Positions 10,392-19,378 of a stretch of DNA of 64,000 bases are shown piece by piece. The stretch covers positions 338 through 64,337 of the forward strand of contig JAKBPI010000005.1 in NCBI GenBank assembly GCA_021829645.1. Direction: 5' to 3'. The position numbers and the translations under genes are program-made. Under the pieces are notes generated by a model that did no database searches, was not told where the DNA came from, and worked only from the letters and a program-made list of their open reading frames with translations. Each line of letters starts with the position of its first letter. Within the stretch, counting starts at the first letter, position 1. Source of the stretch: Actinomycetes bacterium (GTDB taxonomy: Bacteria; Actinomycetota; Acidimicrobiia; Acidimicrobiales; Bog-793).

Positions 10392-10904
10392 CTATAAATA
10401 CATACCTGGCCCAGCGTGATTCACGTCGATCTGAGACGCCTGAGGTAACCCGCGGGATCTGAGTTCTTCCAATTGTGCTCTTGCAGCCATTTGTTGCGCG
10501 AATACCGCCGCTTGTATACCGTGAAATAACCCTTCCAGCCAACCGAGTAGCTGGGCTTGGGCAATACGCAATTCCGCATCGCTCGGCTCTTCTGATTCAA
10601 AAGGCAGTACCAGTCTGTCAAGCTCTTCACGTAGATCCGGAGAAAGAGAAGCAGCCAACTCGGTAATAGATTTTTGATAGATATCCCGAAGACGTTCCCT
10701 GCTTTTTTTATCCAAGGGGGCTTGTCTTACTTCTTCCAGTAGCTGTTTGACCATAGAACCAATTCGCATTACTTTGGCCGGTTGCTCTATGGACTCCAAA
10801 ATGTCCTGTTCGTCCCCGACTGTTACATCCCCGACTTCCGACTCTGCTGTCTCGGCAACCGGATCCCCCATGACAATAATTTTCTGCGGCTGTGATTCAT
10901 CCAT
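10392..10904 (-). CDS. bpa: bacterial proteasome activator (Bpa/PafE family)
   Basis: Conserved core PAKVMRIGSMVKQLLEEVR and AELRIAQAQLLGWLEGLFHGIQ. The C-terminus GPGMYL has the penultimate Tyr seen in the GQYL tail of Bpa. Start is probably MDESQ (10904). The track start is 10985. Confidence 0.82.
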   Translation of the reverse strand: MDESQPQKIIVMGDPVAETAESEVGDVTVGDEQDILESIEQPAKVMRIGSMVKQLLEEVRQAPLDKKSRERLRDIYQKSITELAASLSPDLREELDRLVLPFESEEPSDAELRIAQAQLLGWLEGLFHGIQAAVFAQQMAARAQLEELRSRGLPQASQIDVNHAGPGMYL

Positions 10905-11109
10905 AGATATATTCTTGTACTCTTCTGCTCTGAATAGTTGCCTTAAGACTAAATTTTTTAAAAAAATACTTTCCGAAATACACAAGTCGCCTCACACACT
11001 TAAGAAATTGCCGAGAGACAACCGGAGCTTGTCGGCATCTTTTTTTAATACAAAAAATGCCACCCTTGAGATCTCTTTCAATGGTGACATTTAAAAATGT
11101 ATGCGCTTG

Positions 11110-11433
11110 TCAGAGTTGAATTACTTTTTGCAATTCAGCCAAAGACAGTTCAGTAGTGGCATTTCCACCGCATTGTTCACATTGAGCGGTGTGGCGCCAA
11201 GATCTGAGTAATTTCGTGCCGGAGGAATCCAAAAACACCACAAAAGCGTCAGAATCAGGATGTATGACAAGCTTATCGTAGGAAAGCCATTCTGTAGCGA
11301 CGGATTTGTCGTCCTTCATCAGTCTACAAAACCTTTTTTCGACAGGGTCAAAGAGCCATGTGCTGTGACACGACTCAAGGACAAGAAACCTTTCTTGATC
11401 TTGTTCTGCCAATATTCCCGTCAAAACTTCCAC
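11110..11433 (-). CDS. hypothetical small protein
   Basis: 107-aa ORF in the same orientation as its neighbours. No motif recognised apart from a CEQCG pair. Confidence 0.45.
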   Translation of the reverse strand: MEVLTGILAEQDQERFLVLESCHSTWLFDPVEKRFCRLMKDDKSVATEWLSYDKLVIHPDSDAFVVFLDSSGTKLLRSWRHTAQCEQCGGNATTELSLAELQKVIQL

Positions 11434-11669
11434 ACTCCTATCATGCCAGATATTACTGAGTTCGTGCTGTCAGTAGTATTTCATTTGGGTGAAGATACTG
11501 TGACAACTTTGCCAGAAAATAAGACGTTAGCAATAAATCCTGTCTTAGTAGTATAGCTTCCCTTAAGTGCATCGACTGTGTGATAGCACAGATGTCACTT
11601 ATAGTTTATATTGATGAGTGTATCATTGGTCTGCGTCAACCCTGCTTGCAGCATAGCTGCTGACTGGCT

Positions 11670-12176
11670 TTAGTCTTTTTGATCACGCGACCACGGTGTT
11701 ACCATGACCTCTAAGACATGCGATTCAACACCTTCCAAGGCGAGTGCTTCCAGCACAAAGGACTTGTTGAACAAAATGTCAGCTAGATCCAAAAGGCCCG
11801 TAGTCAAGTCTAAGGCCGCTTCGTGAGTGATGAGTACGCTGTCGTCATCTGTATGAATAGAAGTATCCAACTCTTCAGAAACGTGGATAAGAGCTCGTGC
11901 CGCGTCTGACAGCAAGGGTTCTTCTTTCGTTACGGCTTGATAAGCAAGCGAACCGGCTACCGCACGCAACCCCGCTTGAATCCTGAGCGTAACGGGCAAT
12001 GACAATTTGACAATTTGTCCAAACCCGCATCTCTCAGGGATAATGTGGCCCATTTCACTTCCGGAAAAGTTACTGTCTTTACCGGAGCCGAAGTTGTTGG
12101 GGGTATTCTTTAACGCATTCGCCATATTCTTTATAAACGCGAAATCGTCATTTGATTCGGAGTTACCTTTAGTCAT
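11670..12176 (-). CDS. hypothetical protein
   Basis: 168-aa acidic ORF directly downstream of the SCO1664-family gene. Confidence 0.45.
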   Translation of the reverse strand: MTKGNSESNDDFAFIKNMANALKNTPNNFGSGKDSNFSGSEMGHIIPERCGFGQIVKLSLPVTLRIQAGLRAVAGSLAYQAVTKEEPLLSDAARALIHVSEELDTSIHTDDDSVLITHEAALDLTTGLLDLADILFNKSFVLEALALEGVESHVLEVMVTPWSRDQKD

Positions 12177-12232
12177 CTATAGCGCCCGCCTATTAGCCCT
12201 TGTCAACAATCTTAGCGCAATACACAATACTT

Positions 12233-12931
12233 TTACACAATTGGCCAAGGATAATAGAATCTTTCTTCTGGGGGCCGGGGGAAACATCCTGCTTTTACCA
12301 TGAGAGATGCTCGGTCAACGGTCGCCTCGATCTCTTCCTCACTCAAGTAAATGCTCATAAATTCCGGAGTGGACTCTGACAATAGCAGACAACCTTGCAT
12401 AATTTTTTCCGGTATTTCTTCTCCGATAAAATCCCACATGACGGTCCTTAGCTTTTCTTCTGAGTGAAAGCAGAGTCCGTGGTCTATGCCATATATCGCT
12501 CCGTCGTCCCCCAAAATAACATGACCGGCTTTTCTGTCGGCATTGTTGATCAATAAGTCAAATCCGCACAACATACGCAACAGAGGTATGTGCGTCTGCT
12601 CTTCCAAAAGCGTAAAGTAATTTACCGATACATCATTTGGAATGAACCTTTGTACGGAACCTACTCCGTATGGTCCGCTTACCTCTACGGTTTCCGGAAT
12701 CAAATCAATGCCTAAGTAGGACGAAAGGCGATAGGCAAGTACTTCTCGCTTATAAAGCCCCGGCGGAAAGTCAAAAAGTGGTTTTTCACCACTCAGAGGC
12801 TTATAGATCACCGGCGATGTAAACCCTTCGAAAGAAGCTTCGCAAAAGAGGGTTACATTGGAACTCACAGGAATAAAGCCCAACACCGAAAGTTCAGCTT
12901 GTACTAAAAAATCTACCCACCCCGTCTCCAT
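12233..12931 (-). CDS. SCO1664-family protein (PI3/PI4-kinase-like fold)
   Basis: Kinase-like catalytic stretch LLINNADRKAGHVILG...IDHGLCF. It is part of the actinobacterial trio with the next two genes. The ATG at 12931 avoids the 44-nt overlap created by track start 12988. Confidence 0.72.
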   Translation of the reverse strand: METGWVDFLVQAELSVLGFIPVSSNVTLFCEASFEGFTSPVIYKPLSGEKPLFDFPPGLYKREVLAYRLSSYLGIDLIPETVEVSGPYGVGSVQRFIPNDVSVNYFTLLEEQTHIPLLRMLCGFDLLINNADRKAGHVILGDDGAIYGIDHGLCFHSEEKLRTVMWDFIGEEIPEKIMQGCLLLSESTPEFMSIYLSEEEIEATVDRASLMVKAGCFPRPPEERFYYPWPIV

Positions 12932-12944
12932 GAAAAGCCTTGTT

Positions 12945-13508
12945 TCAGCGTGTAGGTGGTTTGTGTCCGTTGGTTCTGGGACAGGCATGACCCCTTGGAT
13001 CCAGCGGATAGCCGCACAGCGGACACGGTGGTCTTCCGGCTTTGGCCAGCACGGTGCCCATAATGGCCAAAGCTGCTGCCTGCTCTCTACTTAAAAACAG
13101 CTGCGCCGCCCTGTCCATATCTATAGCCTCAGAAAGCACTTCCCAGCCCGATGACTCATCGAGACTCGACATAAAATCCAGGTTTTCACTGGAAAATTCG
13201 ATGTCTCCAAGGATCAGAAGAACGCCGTCCAAAGCAACGTCATAGGCCACAGCTATAGTACCTACGACAAAATTTATGTCGTCAGTCGGTCGAAATGATG
13301 CTGTTTCGTCAGGTAAGTGACCCGGTCTGGGTGCATCGTCCAGAATGTTGCCAATCTGATCACAGAGTAAGACTACTTGCTGCTTCTCCATTTTATAGGT
13401 ATACAGCGTGTCAGAGCCTTCACATTGGAGGTAAAATGTTCTTTCTCCTACCGGACCGACTGTGGCAAAAATAATCCAATTCGGTATGATCGGGGACATA
13501 TTAGTCAT
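12945..13508 (-). CDS. DUF3090-family protein
   Basis: 187 aa with the characteristic C-terminal GRPPCPLCGYPLDPRGHACPRTNGH zinc-ribbon-like motif. Confidence 0.72.
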   Translation of the reverse strand: MTNMSPIIPNWIIFATVGPVGERTFYLQCEGSDTLYTYKMEKQQVVLLCDQIGNILDDAPRPGHLPDETASFRPTDDINFVVGTIAVAYDVALDGVLLILGDIEFSSENLDFMSSLDESSGWEVLSEAIDMDRAAQLFLSREQAAALAIMGTVLAKAGRPPCPLCGYPLDPRGHACPRTNGHKPPTR

Positions 13509-13530
13509 TCTATAAACCTACCTAACAAAA

Positions 13531-14226
13531 TTAATTACCCGTCTCTTCCTCTGTTATATGGCTGACCAGAGCCCCGAGCTCATGTGTATCCAGTATGTGT
13601 GTTTGTGAGTTCATGGAAAGCACAATAGTCTTTTGTGAAGAATACAGTAAGACACTGGCCGAAGCGGTAGATACCGTCATCTTGTGTAAATTCTTCAACC
13701 CTAAAGATAACCCTAACACCAAAGCCACTTTGATGGGATCAGCGTGACTAAAAGCCAAAACTGTTTCTCCTCCGTGTATTGCTCTCATATCCGTAATAAA
13801 AGAAACAAGGCGTTGTTCCAATTCTTCAAAGGACTCACCGCCTGGAAATCTAAAGGTTTCCGGATGTTTCATAAGTGATTTCCACTCGGGAAGCTTATTT
13901 AGATCCGCCAAAGGAGCTTTTGTCCAATCTCCAAAATCACACTCATAGAGCCTGGGGTCTTGCACCACCGGCAAACCCAGAGTCTCGGCTGAGGGTTTAG
14001 CGGTTGCAAGCGCCCTCTCCAAAGGGGAGGAGTAGATGGCGCTAACCGGAAAGGTGTCTTTTAGCCTTTCTGCGAATTGGAAAGCCTGCTGTCTGCCTTC
14101 TTCGCTCAAATGTAACCCCGGTGCCCTTCCGGGCAACACCATTCCCGTAGTATCGGTTTTGGCATGTCGGACAAACACTATCGTTACAAAATCTTCTTTG
14201 CGATTTTCCTTTGATAAGTTTTCCAT
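13531..14226 (-). CDS. histidine-phosphatase superfamily protein (MSMEG_4193-type putative phosphomutase)
   Basis: RHG-type motif variant FVRHAKTD and a downstream AFSHADPIK His motif. It heads the trio. Confidence 0.78.
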   Translation of the reverse strand: MENLSKENRKEDFVTIVFVRHAKTDTTGMVLPGRAPGLHLSEEGRQQAFQFAERLKDTFPVSAIYSSPLERALATAKPSAETLGLPVVQDPRLYECDFGDWTKAPLADLNKLPEWKSLMKHPETFRFPGGESFEELEQRLVSFITDMRAIHGGETVLAFSHADPIKVALVLGLSLGLKNLHKMTVSTASASVLLYSSQKTIVLSMNSQTHILDTHELGALVSHITEEETGN

Positions 14227-14448
14227 ACCGCTTATTGTCCATCCGTGATTTGATTTACCAATATATTCTGACTCCAGTAATACAGATTAGTCATATATTT
14301 CTCAAAAGTAACAGTGATCCCGGAAAATAGCTTTCGGAACAGCAGATACTACTTATGCTTTGAATATCAGAAAACCGGCATATACTATAAGAAACCACGA
14401 TCCGAAGTATCGGTGTCAGAAGAGTCAAAGCAAAAAATCGGTAGTTAT

Positions 14449-15156
14449 ATGAGTCCAATCGAAGTTGAAAACTGCAAAAAATGCGAAAGACTCGTGGAGT
14501 TTCGAAGCAAAATAGCTCTGGAAAAAAAACTCTGCTACCGAGAAGAAGAATACTGGGGAAAACCCGTTCCCTCCTTCGGCGACAAAGACGCCGCGCTTCT
14601 GATATGCGGCTTGGCACCTGCCGCACACGGTGGCAACAGAACGGGAAGAATGTTCACAGGTGACCGCAGCGGCGATTTTCTCTACGAAGCACTGTGGCGT
14701 CACGGTTACGCCAATCAGGCAAATTCTACATCCGGTGACGACGGACTTAGACTCCGAGGGGCCTATATAACAGCTGTTGTGCGCTGCGCGCCACCGGACA
14801 ATAAACCGCTTCCCGAAGAAAGGGAAAACTGTATACCGTTTTTACGTGAAGAGTTGCTCGAGTTAAAAAACCTGACAACGATTCTGGCGCTAGGAGCTTT
14901 TGCCTACGATGTCCTGTGGAGACTGTACGGCACCTCGACAAAGCCCGACAATTCTCACTCACTGCTGCCCGATATCATAAAAAAACCTAAATTTCGTCAT
15001 GGTCTGGAGATTCAGCTGGACACAAAAGTCAGCATGATATGCAGTTATCACCCAAGTCAACGTAATGTTTTCACCAAATTGCTCACAAAAGAAATGTTTG
15101 ATGAAATATTGTTGCGCTGTCGGGCTCTGTCCTCTTACAACAGGGGTGAAGTATAG
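14449..15156 (+). CDS. uracil-DNA glycosylase, family 4/5 (UdgB-like)
   Basis: Motifs CKKCERLV and GLAPAAHGGNRTGRMFTGD. The start is taken at ATG 14449. Track ORF start 14314 adds 45 implausible residues. Confidence 0.8.
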   Translation: MSPIEVENCKKCERLVEFRSKIALEKKLCYREEEYWGKPVPSFGDKDAALLICGLAPAAHGGNRTGRMFTGDRSGDFLYEALWRHGYANQANSTSGDDGLRLRGAYITAVVRCAPPDNKPLPEERENCIPFLREELLELKNLTTILALGAFAYDVLWRLYGTSTKPDNSHSLLPDIIKKPKFRHGLEIQLDTKVSMICSYHPSQRNVFTKLLTKEMFDEILLRCRALSSYNRGEV

Positions 15157-15165
15157 ATCACGGGT

Positions 15166-16302
15166 TCAAGATGGCATCGAGGGACGTACTTCGATCTTTT
15201 TTGTAAAACTTTGTGCCCCCTGCGGACCTCTCTTCCTGCTCACAGCGGATAATTTATTCATAAGTTTCAACGCACCAGGATCCTCTTCTATGGATTTACG
15301 TACAATCAGATTTTTATTTTCCATATCTTCCAGTATCGTTTTACCCAAATCGCTTCTAATGACGGTCAACGTCCAGTCTGCATAAGCACCTATACCTCCG
15401 GCCGAAATATCGGCATGCTCGGCGGCAAAGTCCGGACACATCAAACAGCCTTCACGCGTCCAGGCGTGTGCTTGCTTGAGAGGCACTTCATGATAACCGC
15501 CGTCTTTGGTATATATCTGAAATACCCCCTTGATGTTCATTTTCCTGATCGTTTCCCGTTTGATGCCGTACTCGGCATCAAAAAGTTCGTCAAAGATAGC
15601 ATCGTCGAAAGTTTTAGAACAGAGTAGTCCTACGGTTAAACTAAATCTCCTCGCTATTTTACCAGCTCGACGGGCAGCCATTGCTGCTGGCGCTGAAACT
15701 TGGCATCCCATGCCGACAAGAGCGATGCGTTCTGCTCCGGCGGCTACGGCGTCTGCATATCCGTATGGATTGGCACAATAGGTGTAACGCGAACCGGCTG
15801 CCGCCAGCACTTCGGCTTTCGATTTAGCCACAAGAGGTACCGCTTTCCAAGTGGTACCGTCGCCCTCTAGGCCGGAAAGCAGGGCTGCGTCTATGATGCC
15901 TTCTTCCAGTGCATATATCATTAGAGCACTGACCAGACCTCCGTCTTGTCCGTTGTTACGCAACTCTTCGTCGGTGGCTTGAGTCAGGCAGACTTCCTGA
16001 TAAATCCCAGACAACTCCTCTTCCTCGCGCACCCTGCCATGGAGATAGGTATCAATTTCTGGCTCCCATGCCCCGAATCTCGGACACGCTCTCGTACACA
16101 GAGTGCACCCTTTATCACCATGGGTGCAGTCCGTTGCCCCACCGTCTTGTTCAAAGTGATAAGGCTTATAAGCACCGCTTTGTGCGTCATAACCCAAGAC
16201 GTCGTGTGGACACGCAATAACACACGCCGAACAACCCGTGCATAAGCCAGTCGTGACAACTTCTTCATAGAGGTGCTTCCAGTGTTTAATGTCCCTAACC
16301 AT
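15166..16302 (-). CDS. FrhB/FdhB-family (coenzyme F420 hydrogenase/dehydrogenase beta-like) Fe-S flavoprotein
   Basis: N-terminal ferredoxin motifs CTGCSACVIACP and CTLCTRACP, followed by an FrhB_FdhB-like body (VGMGCQV, CLMCPDF). Its start overlaps the bcp stop as TAATG. Confidence 0.78.
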   Translation of the reverse strand: MVRDIKHWKHLYEEVVTTGLCTGCSACVIACPHDVLGYDAQSGAYKPYHFEQDGGATDCTHGDKGCTLCTRACPRFGAWEPEIDTYLHGRVREEEELSGIYQEVCLTQATDEELRNNGQDGGLVSALMIYALEEGIIDAALLSGLEGDGTTWKAVPLVAKSKAEVLAAAGSRYTYCANPYGYADAVAAGAERIALVGMGCQVSAPAAMAARRAGKIARRFSLTVGLLCSKTFDDAIFDELFDAEYGIKRETIRKMNIKGVFQIYTKDGGYHEVPLKQAHAWTREGCLMCPDFAAEHADISAGGIGAYADWTLTVIRSDLGKTILEDMENKNLIVRKSIEEDPGALKLMNKLSAVSRKRGPQGAQSFTKKIEVRPSMPS

Positions 16303-16790
16303 TATCTCCCACCTTCTTTGTTCGAGATTTCTACGATGGCTTTCAAGACTTTTTCGGCGTGACCGTTGGCTCTCACGTTATAAAAAGCTTTAGCGATATT
16401 TTGAGATCCGTCGATAACGAACGTAGATCTGATAGTGCCTATTGTCTTTTTCCCATAAAGATTTTTTTCACCGTAGGCTCCGTATGCCGTGGCCGTTACA
16501 GCATCCTCATCCGTAGCCAGACGAATCTTAAGATCATGTTTTTCCCTAAAGCGACGATGTGAATCCTGATTGTCCGGGGAAACCCCTAGCACGTCAATAC
16601 TAAGTTTAGCAAAATCAGTAATCAATTCGCTAAATTGACAAGCCTCTGTGGTGCAACCGGGTGTGTCATCTGCCGGATAAAAATATAAGACAAAAGTCTT
16701 GCCTTTATAATCAGACAACTTGACAGTATTTCCGTCGTCATCCGGCAATTCGAAGTATGGAGCTTTGTTACCTTCACTCAACTTAGACAT
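16302..16790 (-). CDS. bcp: thiol peroxidase / peroxiredoxin Bcp
   Basis: 162 aa with the peroxidatic motif YPADDTPGCTTEAC. Confidence 0.9.
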   Translation of the reverse strand: MSKLSEGNKAPYFELPDDDGNTVKLSDYKGKTFVLYFYPADDTPGCTTEACQFSELITDFAKLSIDVLGVSPDNQDSHRRFREKHDLKIRLATDEDAVTATAYGAYGEKNLYGKKTIGTIRSTFVIDGSQNIAKAFYNVRANGHAEKVLKAIVEISNKEGGR

Positions 16791-17017
16791 ATCGGCACCT
16801 ATCCTTTATCTTTACTTTACTACATATCATTATTTATACATTATTGAATAAAGTGCCTGAGCGATGCTTTTTGCCATCACATTTTAAACAAAGTCAAACC
16901 AAAAATACATTCCCCGTATGGGCAGGTCTATACTCAAGATCTGGACTAAACTCATCCACAACTTTGACGAAAAATCGTTAGTCGTCTTTTTCTGGATACT
17001 TATCAAACGGAGTCAAG

Positions 17018-17734
17018 ATGAGTGTGTTTTTTAAACAACTGAGAGCTGGCATAGATTTCGCAACGGATGATCGGTTGGCTAAAAGTATGGCAAATTATGC
17101 TTACATAATAGGTGACACCGCAGCGAGAGAGGCTTTACTCATAGACCCCGCATACTCTCCTGAGGAACTTGTTAGAAAAGTTGAACAGGCAGGGTTTCAA
17201 CTTAAAGGAGTAGTTGTCACACACTTTCATGCCGATCACGCCGGTGGTACGCTTTATTCTGACTCCAGCCTACCCATCCCCGGTATTAGAGAATTACTGG
17301 AACTGAGTGCCGTTCCTATACATGTACAAAAGGCCGAATCCGAATGGCTTGAAAAGACCACCGGAGTGGGTAAAGACGATTTATGCCTTCATGAGAGCGG
17401 AGACCAAATCCTGCTGGGCGATACACGATTGAGCCTAATCCATACTCCGGGTCACACACCTGGAAGCCAGTGCGTACTTATTGATAACACCGTTCTGACA
17501 GGCGATACGCTATTCCTGCGAGGATGCGGACGCACCGACTTGCCGGGTGGCGATGCCGCTCAGCTTTACAATAGCTTGCGTGAGCTTGTCAGCACTTTAC
17601 CGGTTGACACAATTGTCTGCACCGGACACGACTACGAAAAAGACCCGTATCAGCCTTTGTCTTCCCTATTGAAGACCAATCCGGTTTTGTGGGATATCCC
17701 ACAGGAAAGTTGGATCCGTAAATTTGGTAGCTAA
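17018..17734 (+). CDS. MBL-fold metallo-hydrolase (glyoxalase II-like)
   Basis: Motifs THFHADHAGG and HTPGHTPGS. Confidence 0.85.
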   Translation: MSVFFKQLRAGIDFATDDRLAKSMANYAYIIGDTAAREALLIDPAYSPEELVRKVEQAGFQLKGVVVTHFHADHAGGTLYSDSSLPIPGIRELLELSAVPIHVQKAESEWLEKTTGVGKDDLCLHESGDQILLGDTRLSLIHTPGHTPGSQCVLIDNTVLTGDTLFLRGCGRTDLPGGDAAQLYNSLRELVSTLPVDTIVCTGHDYEKDPYQPLSSLLKTNPVLWDIPQESWIRKFGS

Positions 17735-17767
17735 AGTAAAACTTATTACTGACATATGATTGTTGAG

Positions 17768-18955
17768 TTATGTCCCGTGTGTCTCGATGAAGACCCGCAG
17801 CCGCTCCAATATACCTCTAAGGATCTCTTCTGAGGTGGCAAAGTTTACCCTGACATGGCCGGAGCCGGCCGGACCAAACGCCAAACCGTCGGAAAGCACC
17901 AGTTGCGCCTCATCTTTTATCATGTCGGTAAGTCCTGGCCCAAGATTCAGGAACCCTAAATCCATCCAAGCCAGATATGTACCCTCTGGCTTTACAAAAC
18001 CCATCTCCGGAAAAGCACTTGCCCATTCTTCCACCAAGGATCTGTTGCGGTGCAATACATCCATTACGGCATCTAACCAGGATGAGGCCTGAGAATAAGC
18101 GGTAATGGCTGCTTCAATCCCCAAAGAACTGACTCCGCCAAGCAGGATAGACGGAAAATTGCGAAAAGTAGCCAAGAGTTCCTTGGAGCCGAACGCCACC
18201 TGTGCACAGTGCAGACCGGCAATATTGAAAGTCTTACTGGCGGACGACAGAGTCACCGTATTTTTTGCCAAATCTTCGTTGAGCGTGGCAATGGGGATAT
18301 GCTTATATCCCTCAAATACCAAATCGCAATGAATCTCGTCTGCGACTACCGTCATCGAGTATCGCAAAGCAATGTCTGCCAGCAATGTCAGTTCCTCACG
18401 ACTAAAGACTTTACCAGTGGGGTTATGAGGATTACAAAGCAGCAGCACTTTCGGACGATTTTCGTCCACTACTTTTTCAAACCCATCAAAATCTAGTGAA
18501 TACCCCTGATTTCTCTTTACAAGGTCGAATGTGACGATCTTTCGCGACAGATCTTTCACGACATTAAAAAAAGGTGGATACGTAGGGGTAAAAAACACGA
18601 CTTTGTCATCCGCTTCGGTAAAAGCATGAACACAGGCAGCCATCGCCTGGACTACATCGCTCGTCAAAATCACCATTTCCGGGTCCAGCTTAAGGCCGTG
18701 GCGAACGCCATACCTGACGGCAAACAACTCTGCCAAGAGTTGTGAAGTTTTTTGATCTGAGTACCCGAAATCATCGCACTCCAACATACTCAGTAAGACT
18801 TCTTTTATTTCTGGCGCCACCGGAAAGTCCATATCGGCAACCCAAGATGCCAAAACATCGGGACCGGCTACACCCCACTTCGCACTTCTCTTGCGACGCA
18901 AGTCTTCCGCGGTAAGATTAGAAAAGCTGACTCTTGGTTCTCGATTGGTAATCAT
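17768..18955 (-). CDS. PLP-dependent aminotransferase class I/II, MalY/PatB-type C-S lyase
   Basis: 395 aa with PLP-lysine motif SSASKTFNIAGL and NPHNPTG. Confidence 0.85.
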   Translation of the reverse strand: MITNREPRVSFSNLTAEDLRRKRSAKWGVAGPDVLASWVADMDFPVAPEIKEVLLSMLECDDFGYSDQKTSQLLAELFAVRYGVRHGLKLDPEMVILTSDVVQAMAACVHAFTEADDKVVFFTPTYPPFFNVVKDLSRKIVTFDLVKRNQGYSLDFDGFEKVVDENRPKVLLLCNPHNPTGKVFSREELTLLADIALRYSMTVVADEIHCDLVFEGYKHIPIATLNEDLAKNTVTLSSASKTFNIAGLHCAQVAFGSKELLATFRNFPSILLGGVSSLGIEAAITAYSQASSWLDAVMDVLHRNRSLVEEWASAFPEMGFVKPEGTYLAWMDLGFLNLGPGLTDMIKDEAQLVLSDGLAFGPAGSGHVRVNFATSEEILRGILERLRVFIETHGT

Positions 18956-19241
18956 TTTACTCCCGGTAATACATTATTACTGTATACAGACTACCCTTTC
19001 CGAAAAATACCAAGGTGACAGCTTTAGGCTAAGATTTAGCGCAGAGTAGTCTTCTGCCTACTTTTTTTGAAAAAAATCAAAAAAAAATGATTTTTGAGTG
19101 GCATAGTAACTACTCAATGTGATATATTGTTATTAAGGTCGTCATGTACATGCCGATACTTAACAAAAGTGGTCTTGTATAAAGGCAACTTGGTGGACGT
19201 TACAGACGGACATCTAAAATTCAATAACCCCCCTATTGGTA

Positions 19242-19282
19242 TACACCAACAGGTCTAATCCCCCCTTAGACCTGTTGGTGTA
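19242..19282. repeat. perfect 17-bp inverted repeat with 7-nt loop (hairpin or operator candidate)
   Basis: TACACCAACAGGTCTAA-tcccccc-TTAGACCTGTTGGTGTA, verified base by base. It lies in a 423-bp divergent intergenic region and has no flanking U-tract on either strand. Confidence 0.9.
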
Positions 19283-19378
19283 CCTAATTTAGTTATAACA
19301 TTGTCGTCAAGCCCTGCTTATAAAAAATGTGACTTATGACCCATTGCGACAACTGTCACAGGTGTTATCATCTGCTTA

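Noticed and set aside
17760-18496. Several + strand ORFs of 75-110 aa inside the aminotransferase gene, and similar shadow ORFs inside dnaE, gcvP, the NRAMP homolog and the giant gene.
   Set aside because: They overlap strongly supported genes on the opposite strand or in another frame, and they have no motifs.
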